From positions 30,122-94,121 of the forward strand of contig JAZDFD010000001.1 in NCBI GenBank assembly GCA_043808155.1: DNA of 64,000 nt, given 5' to 3'. Positions 30,998-40,791 of the stretch are shown here, piece by piece; positions within the stretch are counted from its first letter, which is position 1; every line of letters begins with the position of its first letter. Below the pieces are notes generated by a model. The model saw only the letters and a list, made by a program, of their open reading frames with translations. It had not been told where the DNA came from and did not search any database. Origin of the DNA: Candidatus Iainarchaeum sp. GTDB taxonomy: Archaea > Iainarchaeota > Iainarchaeia > Iainarchaeales > JAZDFD01. Made by a program: the position numbers and the translations under genes.

Positions 30998-31053
30998 TAG
31001 GCAATGATGATGTGAAAACCAATTTGAGCAGATAAAACAGGCTATTATTGAGG
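30998..31053 (+). ncRNA. Candidate C/D box sRNA
   Basis: ATGATGA at 31004, TTGA at 31024 and 31048, with archaeal-type spacing. Confidence 0.25.
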
Positions 31054-31119
31054 GTAAGAAAGAGCTGATTTTACAGTAAATTTGCGATATATTTAAATAC
31101 TTTAATCATATAAACTTAT

Positions 31120-31404
31120 ATGATAACTATGGATTCGAGAACAACTGTTTTGCATTACCCGAGGCTGGATACTGTGCTAATGATAGAGGATGCCATAAAG
31201 AACGCAAAAGATTATCCTAAAAGAACAGAGCTTTGGAAAAAACTGCCAAAGAAAGTAATGTACCAAACCTACAAAATAGTGGTTGACTATCTGATTGATT
31301 CAAGAAAAGTAATGCTTACCAAAGACGACAAGCTTGTCTGGATTTTCGCAGACAACGAAAAACTCAAAAAACTAATCGAAGAGAGCGTGCCAGCAAATGC
31401 GTGA
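31120..31404 (+). CDS. Small wHTH-like protein, putative antitoxin
   Basis: 'HYPRLDTVLMIE...LWKKLPKKVMYQT...DYL'; overlaps the downstream toxin start. Confidence 0.65.
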   Translation: MITMDSRTTVLHYPRLDTVLMIEDAIKNAKDYPKRTELWKKLPKKVMYQTYKIVVDYLIDSRKVMLTKDDKLVWIFADNEKLKKLIEESVPANA

Positions 31405-31739
31405 AATAAAGTATTCGGCAGAGTTTAACAAAGACTATGTAAAACTAAGGAAAAGAGCAGACAATGGAAACTCTGAAGCACAATACCTGCTTGACTTAAT
31501 CAGCAAGGCAACTGCCAAGCTTGCTGAAAATCCTGAGGCAGGCAAAAAAAATTCCAAGAAAACTCTGGCCAAAAGAATATGTGCAAAAATACGGAGTGAA
31601 TAATTTATGGAAATACAACCTTGACTCAAACTGGCGACTCATTTACACAGTGACAGGCAACCAAGTGGACTTGTTCCTAATCTACTTGGAATATATGGAT
31701 CACAAAAAATACAACAGAAAATTCGGCTACAAAGGTTAA
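31397..31739 (+). pseudogene. RelE/ParE-like toxin interrupted by a +1 frameshift in an A8 tract (31544-31551)
   Basis: Removing one A joins ...NPEAGKK to IPRKLWPKEY...WRLIYTV...DHKKYNRKFGY into a single ~113-aa toxin. Confidence 0.75.
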
Positions 31740-31916
31740 GTGCAATTTAACATCAAGATTAGCATTTCATTAATTTTCATGTTACAACAAAATTACCAAA
31801 TCAGTAACATTCGTGTAGCAATCGCTATTTATAAAAAACTTTTTCTCTTTATAAAGAATTGAGTGGAATTGCTTCCCTTTTAGAAACGCTTTTAAACAGA
31901 CCAATTGTATAAACTT

Positions 31917-32345
31917 ATGATGAACAAAAAATTATGTTATGGAATCTTAGCAGCCTGTGTTTTAGCTATTGTGATGATTGGCCTATTTATGTTGAACCCT
32001 CTTTTGGATGTAGAAGACGATCCATTTGGTGTGCCGCCAAAAGGAACTTCGCCTAATTGTGGTCCTGAAGATAGATACAAATTTGATGTAGCGATTAATT
32101 CAAAAAATGATTTCATAAACTTCATAAAAAACAATGAAATAAATCAATGGGTAAGATTAGATAATTTTAGAGATGAACAAGAAGGTAACATCAATTGGGA
32201 TGACGTTTTAACTGCGATTAAAATTGAAAAAGTTGTTAGTAGAACTGTTTATGTTCTTGACTATAATCCGCAATTTTGTTCAGGATTTACTTTAAAAATG
32301 ACTAATGATGGCCACATTTCCGTGTATGGTTGTTGTGGGATATAA
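31917..32345 (+). CDS. Exported hypothetical protein
   Basis: N-terminal TM; ends in GCCGI. Confidence 0.6.
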   Translation: MMNKKLCYGILAACVLAIVMIGLFMLNPLLDVEDDPFGVPPKGTSPNCGPEDRYKFDVAINSKNDFINFIKNNEINQWVRLDNFRDEQEGNINWDDVLTAIKIEKVVSRTVYVLDYNPQFCSGFTLKMTNDGHISVYGCCGI

Positions 32346-32599
32346 AAAATCATTAAAAATATAGCACACATTGTGACTTTTTCAAGCAAATTTTTTCTTT
32401 AATCCACAATTAATTCGTATGAAAGCCCTGCTAACCGGAAGCTTTGACCATATTCTTTTAGTAGTAGCAACGCCCCCCCCTCCCATATTTCAGGCGACGA
32501 TGATGTTATTGCCCTAATTGCAATAGGCATAACTTAAAAATATTCAAAAATCAACTTTTTAGTTGATTTTTTTTCAACCGCAGGTATATTAACACTCGA

Positions 32600-32737
32600 G
32601 ACAGGGATATAACTGACAAACCCGAACTTGTTCGCCGGTGAGTCCCGATGCACTCCTTCGGGAGTGCATCACCCGTCTAAAAAAAGACAAAGAGAGTTGG
32701 TCGCAGGGAAATTTTCAGGAGCTCCTTTTTTTCTGCG
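32600..32737. other. GC-rich structured intergenic element
   Basis: Perfect 10-bp stem GATGCACTCC-TTCG-GGAGTGCATC (32647-32670) plus flanking small hairpins. Confidence 0.55.
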
Positions 32738-33589
32738 CTATTTGAAATAAGTCATGAATTTTTTCCTTAAAACTTCGGCCATTTGTTGGTTTTTTGTGAT
32801 TTTTACCATTATGTCTACTTTTCGTGATGCAAATTTTTTTCTTGTGAACTCTGAAAACAAATCGGTTAGATTAGAATTTTTTTGATAGAATTGATCGATT
32901 ACTTTCTTTGATTCTTCTGAATATTCAAAGACAAGTATGGAATCACCATGAACAATAATCTCATTGTCAAATTCATCAAAGTTCACACCTAGTTTTACTC
33001 CACCCCATCCATTTTTTAAGAATTCTTTTGATGCCCATTTATCAAAAGGGAAATTATATCGCGTAACCATATACGAAAGTGGATTTTTTTTTATTACACT
33101 TCTCAGAATTAACATGTCACCGAACTTAAAATTTAAAGGCCACCAAACATGCCTTGTAATTCCAAGTGGTCCAGAGGGTGTCGAACCAATAAAAACTTGT
33201 TTTGCCAATAAATCTGCAATTGTTATAACAACATTCGAATAATCGTCAAATCTCCATTCAATTGATCCTTCGAAATTTGGATCTAGCGTATATTTTTTCT
33301 GTGAATTTGAATAAACATTCTCAATTCTGTCAATAAATCGTCTCTGGTTTGAAATCCATAATTTATGTAATTGGTAGGTTTTACCCTCTTTTAATATGAC
33401 ATTCATAGCTTCAAGTTCGGTTAATTTTTTATGCACGGCTTGGTAAGAAATGTCTTTGTCACATCTCTTAATAATTAAATTGTAAATTTCTTTAGCACTT
33501 AATGGCCATTTTTCAGAAAGCACAAAAATAATTGCTTCCTCAGTAGAAGCTTTCTTTGGATTCATTTTTAAAATTTCAAAATATGACAT
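32738..33589 (-). CDS. wHTH regulator with TrmB-like effector domain, paralog 3
   Basis: 'STEEAIIFVLSEKWPLSAKEIY...SYQAVHKKL.ELE'. Confidence 0.75.
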   Translation of the reverse strand: MSYFEILKMNPKKASTEEAIIFVLSEKWPLSAKEIYNLIIKRCDKDISYQAVHKKLTELEAMNVILKEGKTYQLHKLWISNQRRFIDRIENVYSNSQKKYTLDPNFEGSIEWRFDDYSNVVITIADLLAKQVFIGSTPSGPLGITRHVWWPLNFKFGDMLILRSVIKKNPLSYMVTRYNFPFDKWASKEFLKNGWGGVKLGVNFDEFDNEIIVHGDSILVFEYSEESKKVIDQFYQKNSNLTDLFSEFTRKKFASRKVDIMVKITKNQQMAEVLRKKFMTYFK

Positions 33590-33590
33590 T

Positions 33591-34448
33591 TTATTTCTCC
33601 TTGAAATAAGGCAAAACTTGTTGCCTAACAATACCTGCTAACTCAGGATCTTTGATTAATTCAACTTTGATGCTTGCTTTTCGATTTCTAAAATTATCTA
33701 ATGCATAATATTTGAACAAAGAACTTAGATTATGAATTTTAGAATATATTTCATCCATAAATTTTTTGGTTTCTTCTGAAAAAGTGACTTTTGTAATTGT
33801 GTCACCGAAAGCACCAATGTCGGACTTAGAACAATCCAATTCCGAAATACCGCATTTGCTCTTAAAGCCCGCTCTACAATATTGGTCGGAAATCCATTTA
33901 TCAAAAGGCGTGTCTTGTTTGAATATAGAATATATGCCGCCAGGATGCACTTGGACCATGCGTACTAATAATTGAAAATCCATGAAATTAAATTTTAAAA
34001 GCCACCAACCATGATCAAAAGTCCCAACACCCATTTCCGGCCCATTACCAATCAGTATTTTTTTAGTATAAAGTGAACCCATTGTTGTTGAAAATAAACT
34101 TAAATCATTAAACTTCATAGTTACAGTTCCTTCAAAATCAGGACTAACATCGTATTTGCCTTCTGACTCCGCGTATTTGTTATTTAGACTTTCAAAAAAT
34201 TCTTTTCTATTAAAAAGCCATGTTTTACTAAGAGAATAATCTTTTCCATTTTTTTCAACAATGTTTTCATCTTCCAATTCATTCAACGCTTTGTGGATAG
34301 CTTGGTATGAAACATTCAGCCCGTAAGTTTTCAAAACTCGAGAATATATTTCCTTAGCAGAAAGCGGCCATTCATTTCCTAAAATTAGAATGGCGTTGTC
34401 TTTTGTTGAGGACGGTTTTGAATAAAGAGGTGAATTTAACGAATTCAT
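33591..34448 (-). CDS. wHTH regulator with TrmB-like effector domain, paralog 2
   Basis: 'STKDNAILILGNEWPLSAKEIY...SYQAIHKALNELE'. Confidence 0.75.
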   Translation of the reverse strand: MNSLNSPLYSKPSSTKDNAILILGNEWPLSAKEIYSRVLKTYGLNVSYQAIHKALNELEDENIVEKNGKDYSLSKTWLFNRKEFFESLNNKYAESEGKYDVSPDFEGTVTMKFNDLSLFSTTMGSLYTKKILIGNGPEMGVGTFDHGWWLLKFNFMDFQLLVRMVQVHPGGIYSIFKQDTPFDKWISDQYCRAGFKSKCGISELDCSKSDIGAFGDTITKVTFSEETKKFMDEIYSKIHNLSSLFKYYALDNFRNRKASIKVELIKDPELAGIVRQQVLPYFKEK

Positions 34449-35281
34449 TTTTTCGTCTCCTTGAAATACTCCAAAGTTTCTTGCCTTAACTGTTCGGCTA
34501 AATGTTTGTCTCTAATAACATGGATTGTTATTCTTGCAGGTTTCATAAAAACTTTTTCAAATAATTCACCAGTGTCAAGTTCAGAAATGTCTTTAACACT
34601 TGAAAATATTGTGTCTAATTCTTTTTTTATGTGCAAAGGATAAAACACCTGAATAACATGATCGCCAATTATTGCTAAATCAATGGTATTTGCAACATCA
34701 ACGCCCATTTTTTCATTTGCACCTCTTTTTGTAAAATAATCAACACACCACTTGTCTACAACTGTAGACCCACGAGTTAAATCATATAATTCAGTTTCAT
34801 CACAAACTTTTTTCAGATTTTGATATTTGTCATTATTCAAAAACAATGGAATCCATGCATGATTCCAATGCAAACACAAAACAGGTTTTTCTTTTGGTTC
34901 CCCAACTATTTTTGTTACAACTTCTAAAAGCATCATGTCAGTTTCATACAATGAATTTGTGATTATTGTTTTTGGTTCCAAAAACTCTGAAGAGTTATAT
35001 TTTTTTCGGAGAATGCCCTTAGCAAAAGATTCAATTTCATCCGCCCATTGATAATTTAATGCATATTCGCCATTGGCTTTCAATAATACGTTTTGACTTT
35101 CTAGTTCACTTAAAGCCTTATAAACCGCCTGAGATGTTAAAGTACCATTAAACTGTTTAGAAAGCCGTGATTTGATATCTTTGGCTGAAAGTTGGGATTC
35201 ATCACTAAGGATACTTATTATGTAATCTTTAGTCCCTTTCCCCTGTGAGCCTAAATGGGGCACGACTAGATTTATTGTCAT
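34445..35281 (-). CDS. wHTH regulator with TrmB-like effector domain, paralog 1
   Basis: 'GTKDYIISILSDESQLSAKDIK...TSQAVYKALSELE'. Confidence 0.75.
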   Translation of the reverse strand: MTINLVVPHLGSQGKGTKDYIISILSDESQLSAKDIKSRLSKQFNGTLTSQAVYKALSELESQNVLLKANGEYALNYQWADEIESFAKGILRKKYNSSEFLEPKTIITNSLYETDMMLLEVVTKIVGEPKEKPVLCLHWNHAWIPLFLNNDKYQNLKKVCDETELYDLTRGSTVVDKWCVDYFTKRGANEKMGVDVANTIDLAIIGDHVIQVFYPLHIKKELDTIFSSVKDISELDTGELFEKVFMKPARITIHVIRDKHLAEQLRQETLEYFKETKK

Positions 35282-35350
35282 AGTATTAGAATATGTGGTG
35301 AATAATTCTTAAAAAGCAAGTATTTGATTAGAAATTTCAAAAATATTAAC

Positions 35351-36625
35351 TTATTTGCCAAAACTGGCTAAACCAATTGTTTCATTAAGGCATTTAAGAA
35401 GATTCTCTTCAGGAACGTATATCTCGCTTGCACAACAGTAAACGCCTAAAAATGGGGAGTTGCCAAGTGCCTCTCTTAAATACTGCCTCTCCACATCTAT
35501 TTTTTCCATCATTGCCATAACTCTTGGCACTGGACTGAATATAATAGTAAAATCGGGAGTTATTTCTTCTGCTACAGTTACTGCAATATCTTTAGCAGCT
35601 TTTAATATGTCCTCTCCTTTTCCCCGGCAGAGGTAAAGTGTTTTTTCTTCTACGTTTCTGGCAAAAAGAATCGCATCTCCGATAACACACAGGGGTGTGA
35701 CCAGCCAGTAATTTCCCTTATCGTCCTTTTCTGCAGGAATTTCATATATTGTCATAAGCACGGGGTTTGTTTTCCATTGATTTTCGAGTTCGGCAGGAAT
35801 TCCATAAACCTCTTTTAAGCCCTCCCATGCGGGTTTGCCATTTATTTCAAAGGCAAGGCTACCACTCGCTTTTGTTATTTCCATTTTTTTTCCGGTTGGT
35901 TTTAGCCCATGCTTGTACAATGTCCTACTTTTGACATTTGAAGAGATAAGCAAGAACACAACTGAATCACTATACACATTGTTGTTTAAAAACTGAAAAT
36001 TTCTTGTACCCTTAAAATCGTCAAATGCCCCACCACCAAAGATTGGAATTTTACCCTTACTTTCATCAACCATTCCTTGCAGCACCTCTTCATATTTGGC
36101 AGGTCCTGTGCCCTTCATTGCCATAAACTTTGAAAGTGCGGGAAACATGGCTTTGCTTATGCCCATTTTCATCATGCTTTTCATTCCTGGAATGTCAGGA
36201 AACTTCATACCAGAAGGGAATGCAATCCCGTATTTATCTTTATATTTGCTATCTTTTAGTTGCTCTATAGCCATCTTGACTGCTTGTCTTCCTGCATTTA
36301 CAGGGTTGGTTCTTGAACCACCACCGACACCAACTCCAACATCCAAGTCGCCGAAAATGCACATTACCCCAACCCCCCTAGCATAAACTCTTTCAGGGGT
36401 TAACACTGCTGCTCCAGTACATCCCACCACAGGGGCATCAATAATTTTCTTGATTTCCGTCAGCATCTTCTTCAGGTTTTTTTCATAATGAATAGTAGAA
36501 AAAACAATTGCTACTTTTGGGTTTTGTTCATTTCCAAGACTTTTTGTTGCTGCTTCTCTACCAGCCTCAACTGCATCTAAGTTATCAGACGTTCCCACAA
36601 TTGCATTAAGTTTGAAGTTGGCCAT
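35351..36625 (-). CDS. FIST N/C domain sensory protein
   Basis: 'AGREAA', 'VVGCTGAA', 'IPIFGGGA.DD', 'EINGKPA' and C-terminal 'NET'. Confidence 0.85.
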   Translation of the reverse strand: MANFKLNAIVGTSDNLDAVEAGREAATKSLGNEQNPKVAIVFSTIHYEKNLKKMLTEIKKIIDAPVVGCTGAAVLTPERVYARGVGVMCIFGDLDVGVGVGGGSRTNPVNAGRQAVKMAIEQLKDSKYKDKYGIAFPSGMKFPDIPGMKSMMKMGISKAMFPALSKFMAMKGTGPAKYEEVLQGMVDESKGKIPIFGGGAFDDFKGTRNFQFLNNNVYSDSVVFLLISSNVKSRTLYKHGLKPTGKKMEITKASGSLAFEINGKPAWEGLKEVYGIPAELENQWKTNPVLMTIYEIPAEKDDKGNYWLVTPLCVIGDAILFARNVEEKTLYLCRGKGEDILKAAKDIAVTVAEEITPDFTIIFSPVPRVMAMMEKIDVERQYLREALGNSPFLGVYCCASEIYVPEENLLKCLNETIGLASFGK

Positions 36626-36848
36626 AATGAGTCACCTAGACAGTTTATAAAAGCAATTCATATAATGCACTGAACTACTATATTAACATTTCACCTGCAA
36701 TGTCTATTTTTCATTTGTCAGCTAAAAACTAGTTTCTGCCCAACGCTTTGGAGGCATACATAATTTTTGGATAAAAAAGAGAATAACAAATATTAAAAAG
36801 ATTGATTGAGTAAGAAATAGATTATATAACCAAAAAGAATGATAAGAA

Positions 36849-38186
36849 ATGTTGGATGTTGAAAACATAAGAAGGCATTTTCCAGCAATACAATCTGGCA
36901 GAATAGCAACAAATAATGCTTCAACTACCCAAATACCAGACAAACTGCTTAGCTTACAAAAGGAAATAGCGTTAACATACGAAAACGTACACAGAGGACA
37001 TTCTTCAGCATCAATTAAAACCACTAGCTTATTTGAAAACGCCTATAAAGTAATAGCTAACTTTATTGGAGCGGAATCCTGGAGAAATGTAGTAATCTGT
37101 AGGGGTGCCACAGAAGCAATAAACAAAGTCATGTATTCCCTGATGACCGAATTTAAAGATGGCGACAATTTAGTTACAACTTACCTTGAGCATAACTCTA
37201 ATTATGTTCCATGGTACGGCTTAACAAAAGAAATATTACCGCGATTCGGTATCAATGTCGAATGCAGGCTCGCTAAATTTGACAAGGAAAGCGGAGAGCT
37301 AGATCTCGAACACATGGCTGAACTTGTAGATAAAAGAACAAAAATTGTGTGTTGTACTGGTGCATCAAACTTTCTTGGAACAAAACCACCTATAAACAAA
37401 ATAAGAAAAATTGCCAATGATAGTGGATACAAACAGCCGAATGGAATAAACCGTTCATATATGCTAATAGACGGTGCACAGCTGGTGCCAAATACTTATT
37501 TGGACGTTGTAAAAGAAGACATAGACTTTCTAGCTTGGTCTTTTCATAAAATGCTTGCGCCTTTTGGTATCGGGGCGTTGTACGCCAAAAAGGAAATCTT
37601 GGAAAGCATGAGGTGCTTTCAATACGGAGGGGATATGATCGCTGATGGGCAAGTAAGCCCAGAACACGTTGGCTACAATGAACTGCCATGGAAATTCACA
37701 GCTGGTACTCCGAACATACTGGGCACCATAGTTGCTGGCGAAGCCACAGAATTCTTGGTTGATGTAGTACTTGGCAGAGTGGGAGAGAAAAAATATGGAG
37801 ACATTACTCACCCTACTACAAAAAGAAGTGATATTAAAAAGGTCATGTACGCTGTAGAGCATCACGAACAAAAACTTACTCAATACCTTATCGATAAACT
37901 AACAGCTATTCCTGAAATTACACTTTACGGTCCGAAAAATGCGGAGAGAAAAACACCCTGCATATCTTTTAATGCAGAAGGCAAAACAGCATTCCAAATA
38001 GCAGAGGAATTGAATAAGAGAAATATTGAATCAAGAGCCGGATGCCACTGTGCAACTTTAGCGCATTTTTTTTATGAGCTCGACCCGCCTGCAAGCTGTA
38101 GAATAAGTCCCTACATATATAACACAATGAACGAAATGAAGTATGTTGTGGATGCAATAGAAGATATAGTGCGCACGCCTAGCTGA
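36849..38186 (+). CDS. SufS-like (group II) cysteine desulfurase, aminotransferase class V
   Basis: NNASTTQ, EHNSN, DGAQ, SFHKML, AGTPN and RAGCHCA motifs. Confidence 0.88.
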   Translation: MLDVENIRRHFPAIQSGRIATNNASTTQIPDKLLSLQKEIALTYENVHRGHSSASIKTTSLFENAYKVIANFIGAESWRNVVICRGATEAINKVMYSLMTEFKDGDNLVTTYLEHNSNYVPWYGLTKEILPRFGINVECRLAKFDKESGELDLEHMAELVDKRTKIVCCTGASNFLGTKPPINKIRKIANDSGYKQPNGINRSYMLIDGAQLVPNTYLDVVKEDIDFLAWSFHKMLAPFGIGALYAKKEILESMRCFQYGGDMIADGQVSPEHVGYNELPWKFTAGTPNILGTIVAGEATEFLVDVVLGRVGEKKYGDITHPTTKRSDIKKVMYAVEHHEQKLTQYLIDKLTAIPEITLYGPKNAERKTPCISFNAEGKTAFQIAEELNKRNIESRAGCHCATLAHFFYELDPPASCRISPYIYNTMNEMKYVVDAIEDIVRTPS

Positions 38187-38541
38187 TGATTTTTTTTATT
38201 TTCCTTTTTGTATTTTCTATTTCTAAATTTAGTAAACCTCTGTTTGCAAGTTCGGGGATTACTACAATCAAACTATTATTTCGGCTTATCGGCTCTGTAA
38301 TTACTACATACTTACCTATCTCGAAAGTAGCCCTAGTATTCCCATAATCATAAAATTGGTCAATCAAATCAAATAATCGGTCAGTTGTCTTTACTAGAAG
38401 AACCCATAAATCAACATTTTTCACTTTAATCTTAGAAGGGACAATTCCTTCCAACCCTTTCTTAGCGACCATGCAAGCTAATACATCATCTAGTTTAAGT
38501 AAATCATTTAATACTTTAAGTATTTCTTCTCTTTTTGTCAC
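38179..38541 (-). CDS. Roadblock/LC7-like small protein
   Basis: 'L..L.K...V.ACMV..KGL.GI' and C-terminal 'N.GLL.LEIE'; directly downstream of the KaiC-like gene. Confidence 0.6.
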   Translation of the reverse strand: MTKREEILKVLNDLLKLDDVLACMVAKKGLEGIVPSKIKVKNVDLWVLLVKTTDRLFDLIDQFYDYGNTRATFEIGKYVVITEPISRNNSLIVVIPELANRGLLNLEIENTKRKIKKIIS

Positions 38542-38598
38542 TCAAAATACCGCCAGTTAACAATTTTTAATTATTAATTTATAAATTAAGTTATAAAA

Positions 38599-39363
38599 TT
38601 ATAAGTCAATTTCCTTTTCCTTAATTTCAATTCCTTTTGTAGTCATGTCATAGGCAAGAGAACCTTTTTCATGATCGCTATAACGCATTTTTCTTATCCT
38701 CAAAATTCTAAATGCTGATGCCCCTGCACTCATATAATTCAAAACAATAACCCCATCAGCAATAAACTCAGTAGTCTGATCTGCACTCAAGTAATGTGAT
38801 TCCTCTGGCAATTCAGAAGTAAGCAAAACAGTAGCCCGGAATAATTTTAATTTCCCGATTAATCTGTAGAGCATTGCTTTGGATAATGTTTTTTCGGTGT
38901 TGGGAAATGGGGAAACTGTGTCTGCTACTTGGATTAGAGAGAATGCAGAGTTGCCTTTCATTCCCGAAATTAGAAGTGAATCTGTTAATGTTGTTAATGA
39001 ATCAATAACCATTCTTGATGGTTCAAAGGAAGTGTAAGCATCATAAATTCTTTGTAATGCATTTTCTGCTTTTGTTACTTCAATATATTCAATTCTGAGA
39101 AGATTTTTTCTGATAAGGTCTTCCAAATCCCAGCCATATGCTGAGGCTTGTTTGTTAAGTTCTTCTTCGGATTGTTCTGTGCTGACGTAAAGGCCTCGTT
39201 CTCCGAACATTTTTGCTCCGTTGTAGAGGTACTGCATGCCAAGTGTACTTTTTCCTGTACCTGCTCCCCCTGAAACTAAAACAAGGTTGCCTTGAGGAAT
39301 GCCCCCATTAAGTGCTTTGTCAAGTCCTTCAATTCCTGTTTTTACACGTTCAATGTCTGTCAT
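38599..39363 (-). CDS. Single-domain KaiC/RAD55-like ATPase
   Basis: 'RVKTGIEGLD..L.GGIP', GGAGTGKS, VIDSLT, 'EFIADGVI.L' and 'R.LRI.KMR'. Confidence 0.9.
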   Translation of the reverse strand: MTDIERVKTGIEGLDKALNGGIPQGNLVLVSGGAGTGKSTLGMQYLYNGAKMFGERGLYVSTEQSEEELNKQASAYGWDLEDLIRKNLLRIEYIEVTKAENALQRIYDAYTSFEPSRMVIDSLTTLTDSLLISGMKGNSAFSLIQVADTVSPFPNTEKTLSKAMLYRLIGKLKLFRATVLLTSELPEESHYLSADQTTEFIADGVIVLNYMSAGASAFRILRIRKMRYSDHEKGSLAYDMTTKGIEIKEKEIDL

Positions 39364-39474
39364 TCTACCGTCACCCCTCAGAAATGCATATAATAAACGC
39401 TTTGTGTTATTTAAGCTTTTTCGTGTTGATAGGGGGGAGATATTTTAATAACTTAAGGAAATGAATTATACTGC

Positions 39475-39864
39475 ATGAGAAAAAGAATTGACGAAGCAAA
39501 AAAAGAACTTGAACGTACAGACGCTCACAAAATGTTGGCAAAAACAGTTAGTGATCATTTTGTTAGTTCAGAAGGTTTGAGATACGGGGTAATTGATGCC
39601 ATAAAGAAAATAGCTCCGAAAATTGAACATGATGAAATCAAAACACAGGCAGTTATTGAGAATTTTAAGAAACTGCTAATTGATGAATGTAAAATAGGGC
39701 CGACAAACGACAAATTCTTAATAACTAAAGAAGTGGGATGGTTAATTAAAAATCTAAAATCAATAAAGGAACCATCATCGGAAATAGAAAAACGTATTCT
39801 TCACGGGCTTATTGGAAGTTTAGAAAGTGATTTTAACAGTGCTAAAGCGGAACAAAAAAAATAA
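39475..39864 (+). CDS. Hypothetical protein
   Basis: 129-aa helical ORF. Confidence 0.5.
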   Translation: MRKRIDEAKKELERTDAHKMLAKTVSDHFVSSEGLRYGVIDAIKKIAPKIEHDEIKTQAVIENFKKLLIDECKIGPTNDKFLITKEVGWLIKNLKSIKEPSSEIEKRILHGLIGSLESDFNSAKAEQKK

Positions 39865-39868
39865 ATAG

Positions 39869-40435
39869 CTAAAGTCTAGAACCTAATTGATCTTTTACTT
39901 CTTCTAATGAGAAATCAAAATCACTTCTTGATTTTATTATGAATTCACAGGAGTTGTGATTCATTGCAGCACATTTCGTTTCAACGCAGTCAACTTCTAA
40001 GTTGAATAGTTTTGAGAAAAAACCTGCGAGAAGGCCGCGCATGAAATGGTCTACGGGTTTGTTGGTTTTCCATCTTAAAGCAGAAGCAAATGGTGAATTT
40101 TCAAGTGACACAATTGCGCGTTTTTCTTTAACATCAAAATTTATTTTTTCTATTTTGCCCCAGCCAGAGGCAGTGAAAAAATTAGTGAAAATGGAAACTG
40201 CTTTTTCATTTTCAACTCTGAAATCTAAACCTAATTGTTTCAGAAGATTGTTTTTAGTGGATTCTTTTATTGCGTAATAAATTTTTGTGTTTAATTCAGA
40301 ATCATTTTGCGCAACCAATGAAACTAAAATATCTGTTGGGGAAATTACGAACGGTGTGTTTACTAAATAGAAATTATTATGTTTGTATGTAAGTGCGTTC
40401 GCAAAAATAAATCTATCGAAGAACGTATTCAGCAT
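39869..40435 (-). CDS. V4R domain protein
   Basis: 'SGWG', 'DHFMRG.LAG' and 'CVETKC.A....CEF'. Confidence 0.85.
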   Translation of the reverse strand: MLNTFFDRFIFANALTYKHNNFYLVNTPFVISPTDILVSLVAQNDSELNTKIYYAIKESTKNNLLKQLGLDFRVENEKAVSIFTNFFTASGWGKIEKINFDVKEKRAIVSLENSPFASALRWKTNKPVDHFMRGLLAGFFSKLFNLEVDCVETKCAAMNHNSCEFIIKSRSDFDFSLEEVKDQLGSRL

Positions 40436-40453
40436 GAGTTAATCACCTAAAAC

Positions 40454-40666
40454 TTAGCGGTAATAACCTAAAGTTTTTAGTTCAGTTTTGGGTTTTGTTT
40501 TTGGTTGTGTTTCTGGTGTTTGGGTTCCGATTAGTTCGTACTGCTTTCCTAATTCAAGCAGTCCCGCTCTTATTGCTTCAGATTTTGTTTTGTAATATCC
40601 TTTCTGGATTAGTGCAATTAACACATCTTCTGGCACGCCTTTGAGTCTTATTAGTATTTCAGCCAT
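40454..40666 (-). CDS. Ribbon-helix-helix regulator
   Basis: 'LIQKGYYKTKSEAIRAG'. Confidence 0.75.
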   Translation of the reverse strand: MAEILIRLKGVPEDVLIALIQKGYYKTKSEAIRAGLLELGKQYELIGTQTPETQPKTKPKTELKTLGYYR

Positions 40667-40791
40667 AAAATCAATAGTATGTATTTCAAAGTGATATATA
40701 AATGTTATACAAATAGTGAAAATATGGGAAAATGTTATTTACTGATAAGGTATATCATTTTGATATCTTTATGAAATCTTATGGTAAAATT

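Noticed and set aside
30060-32600. Integron or prophage
   Set aside because: TA modules and an orphan gene are present, but there is no integrase, no clear attC-like repeats and no viral genes.
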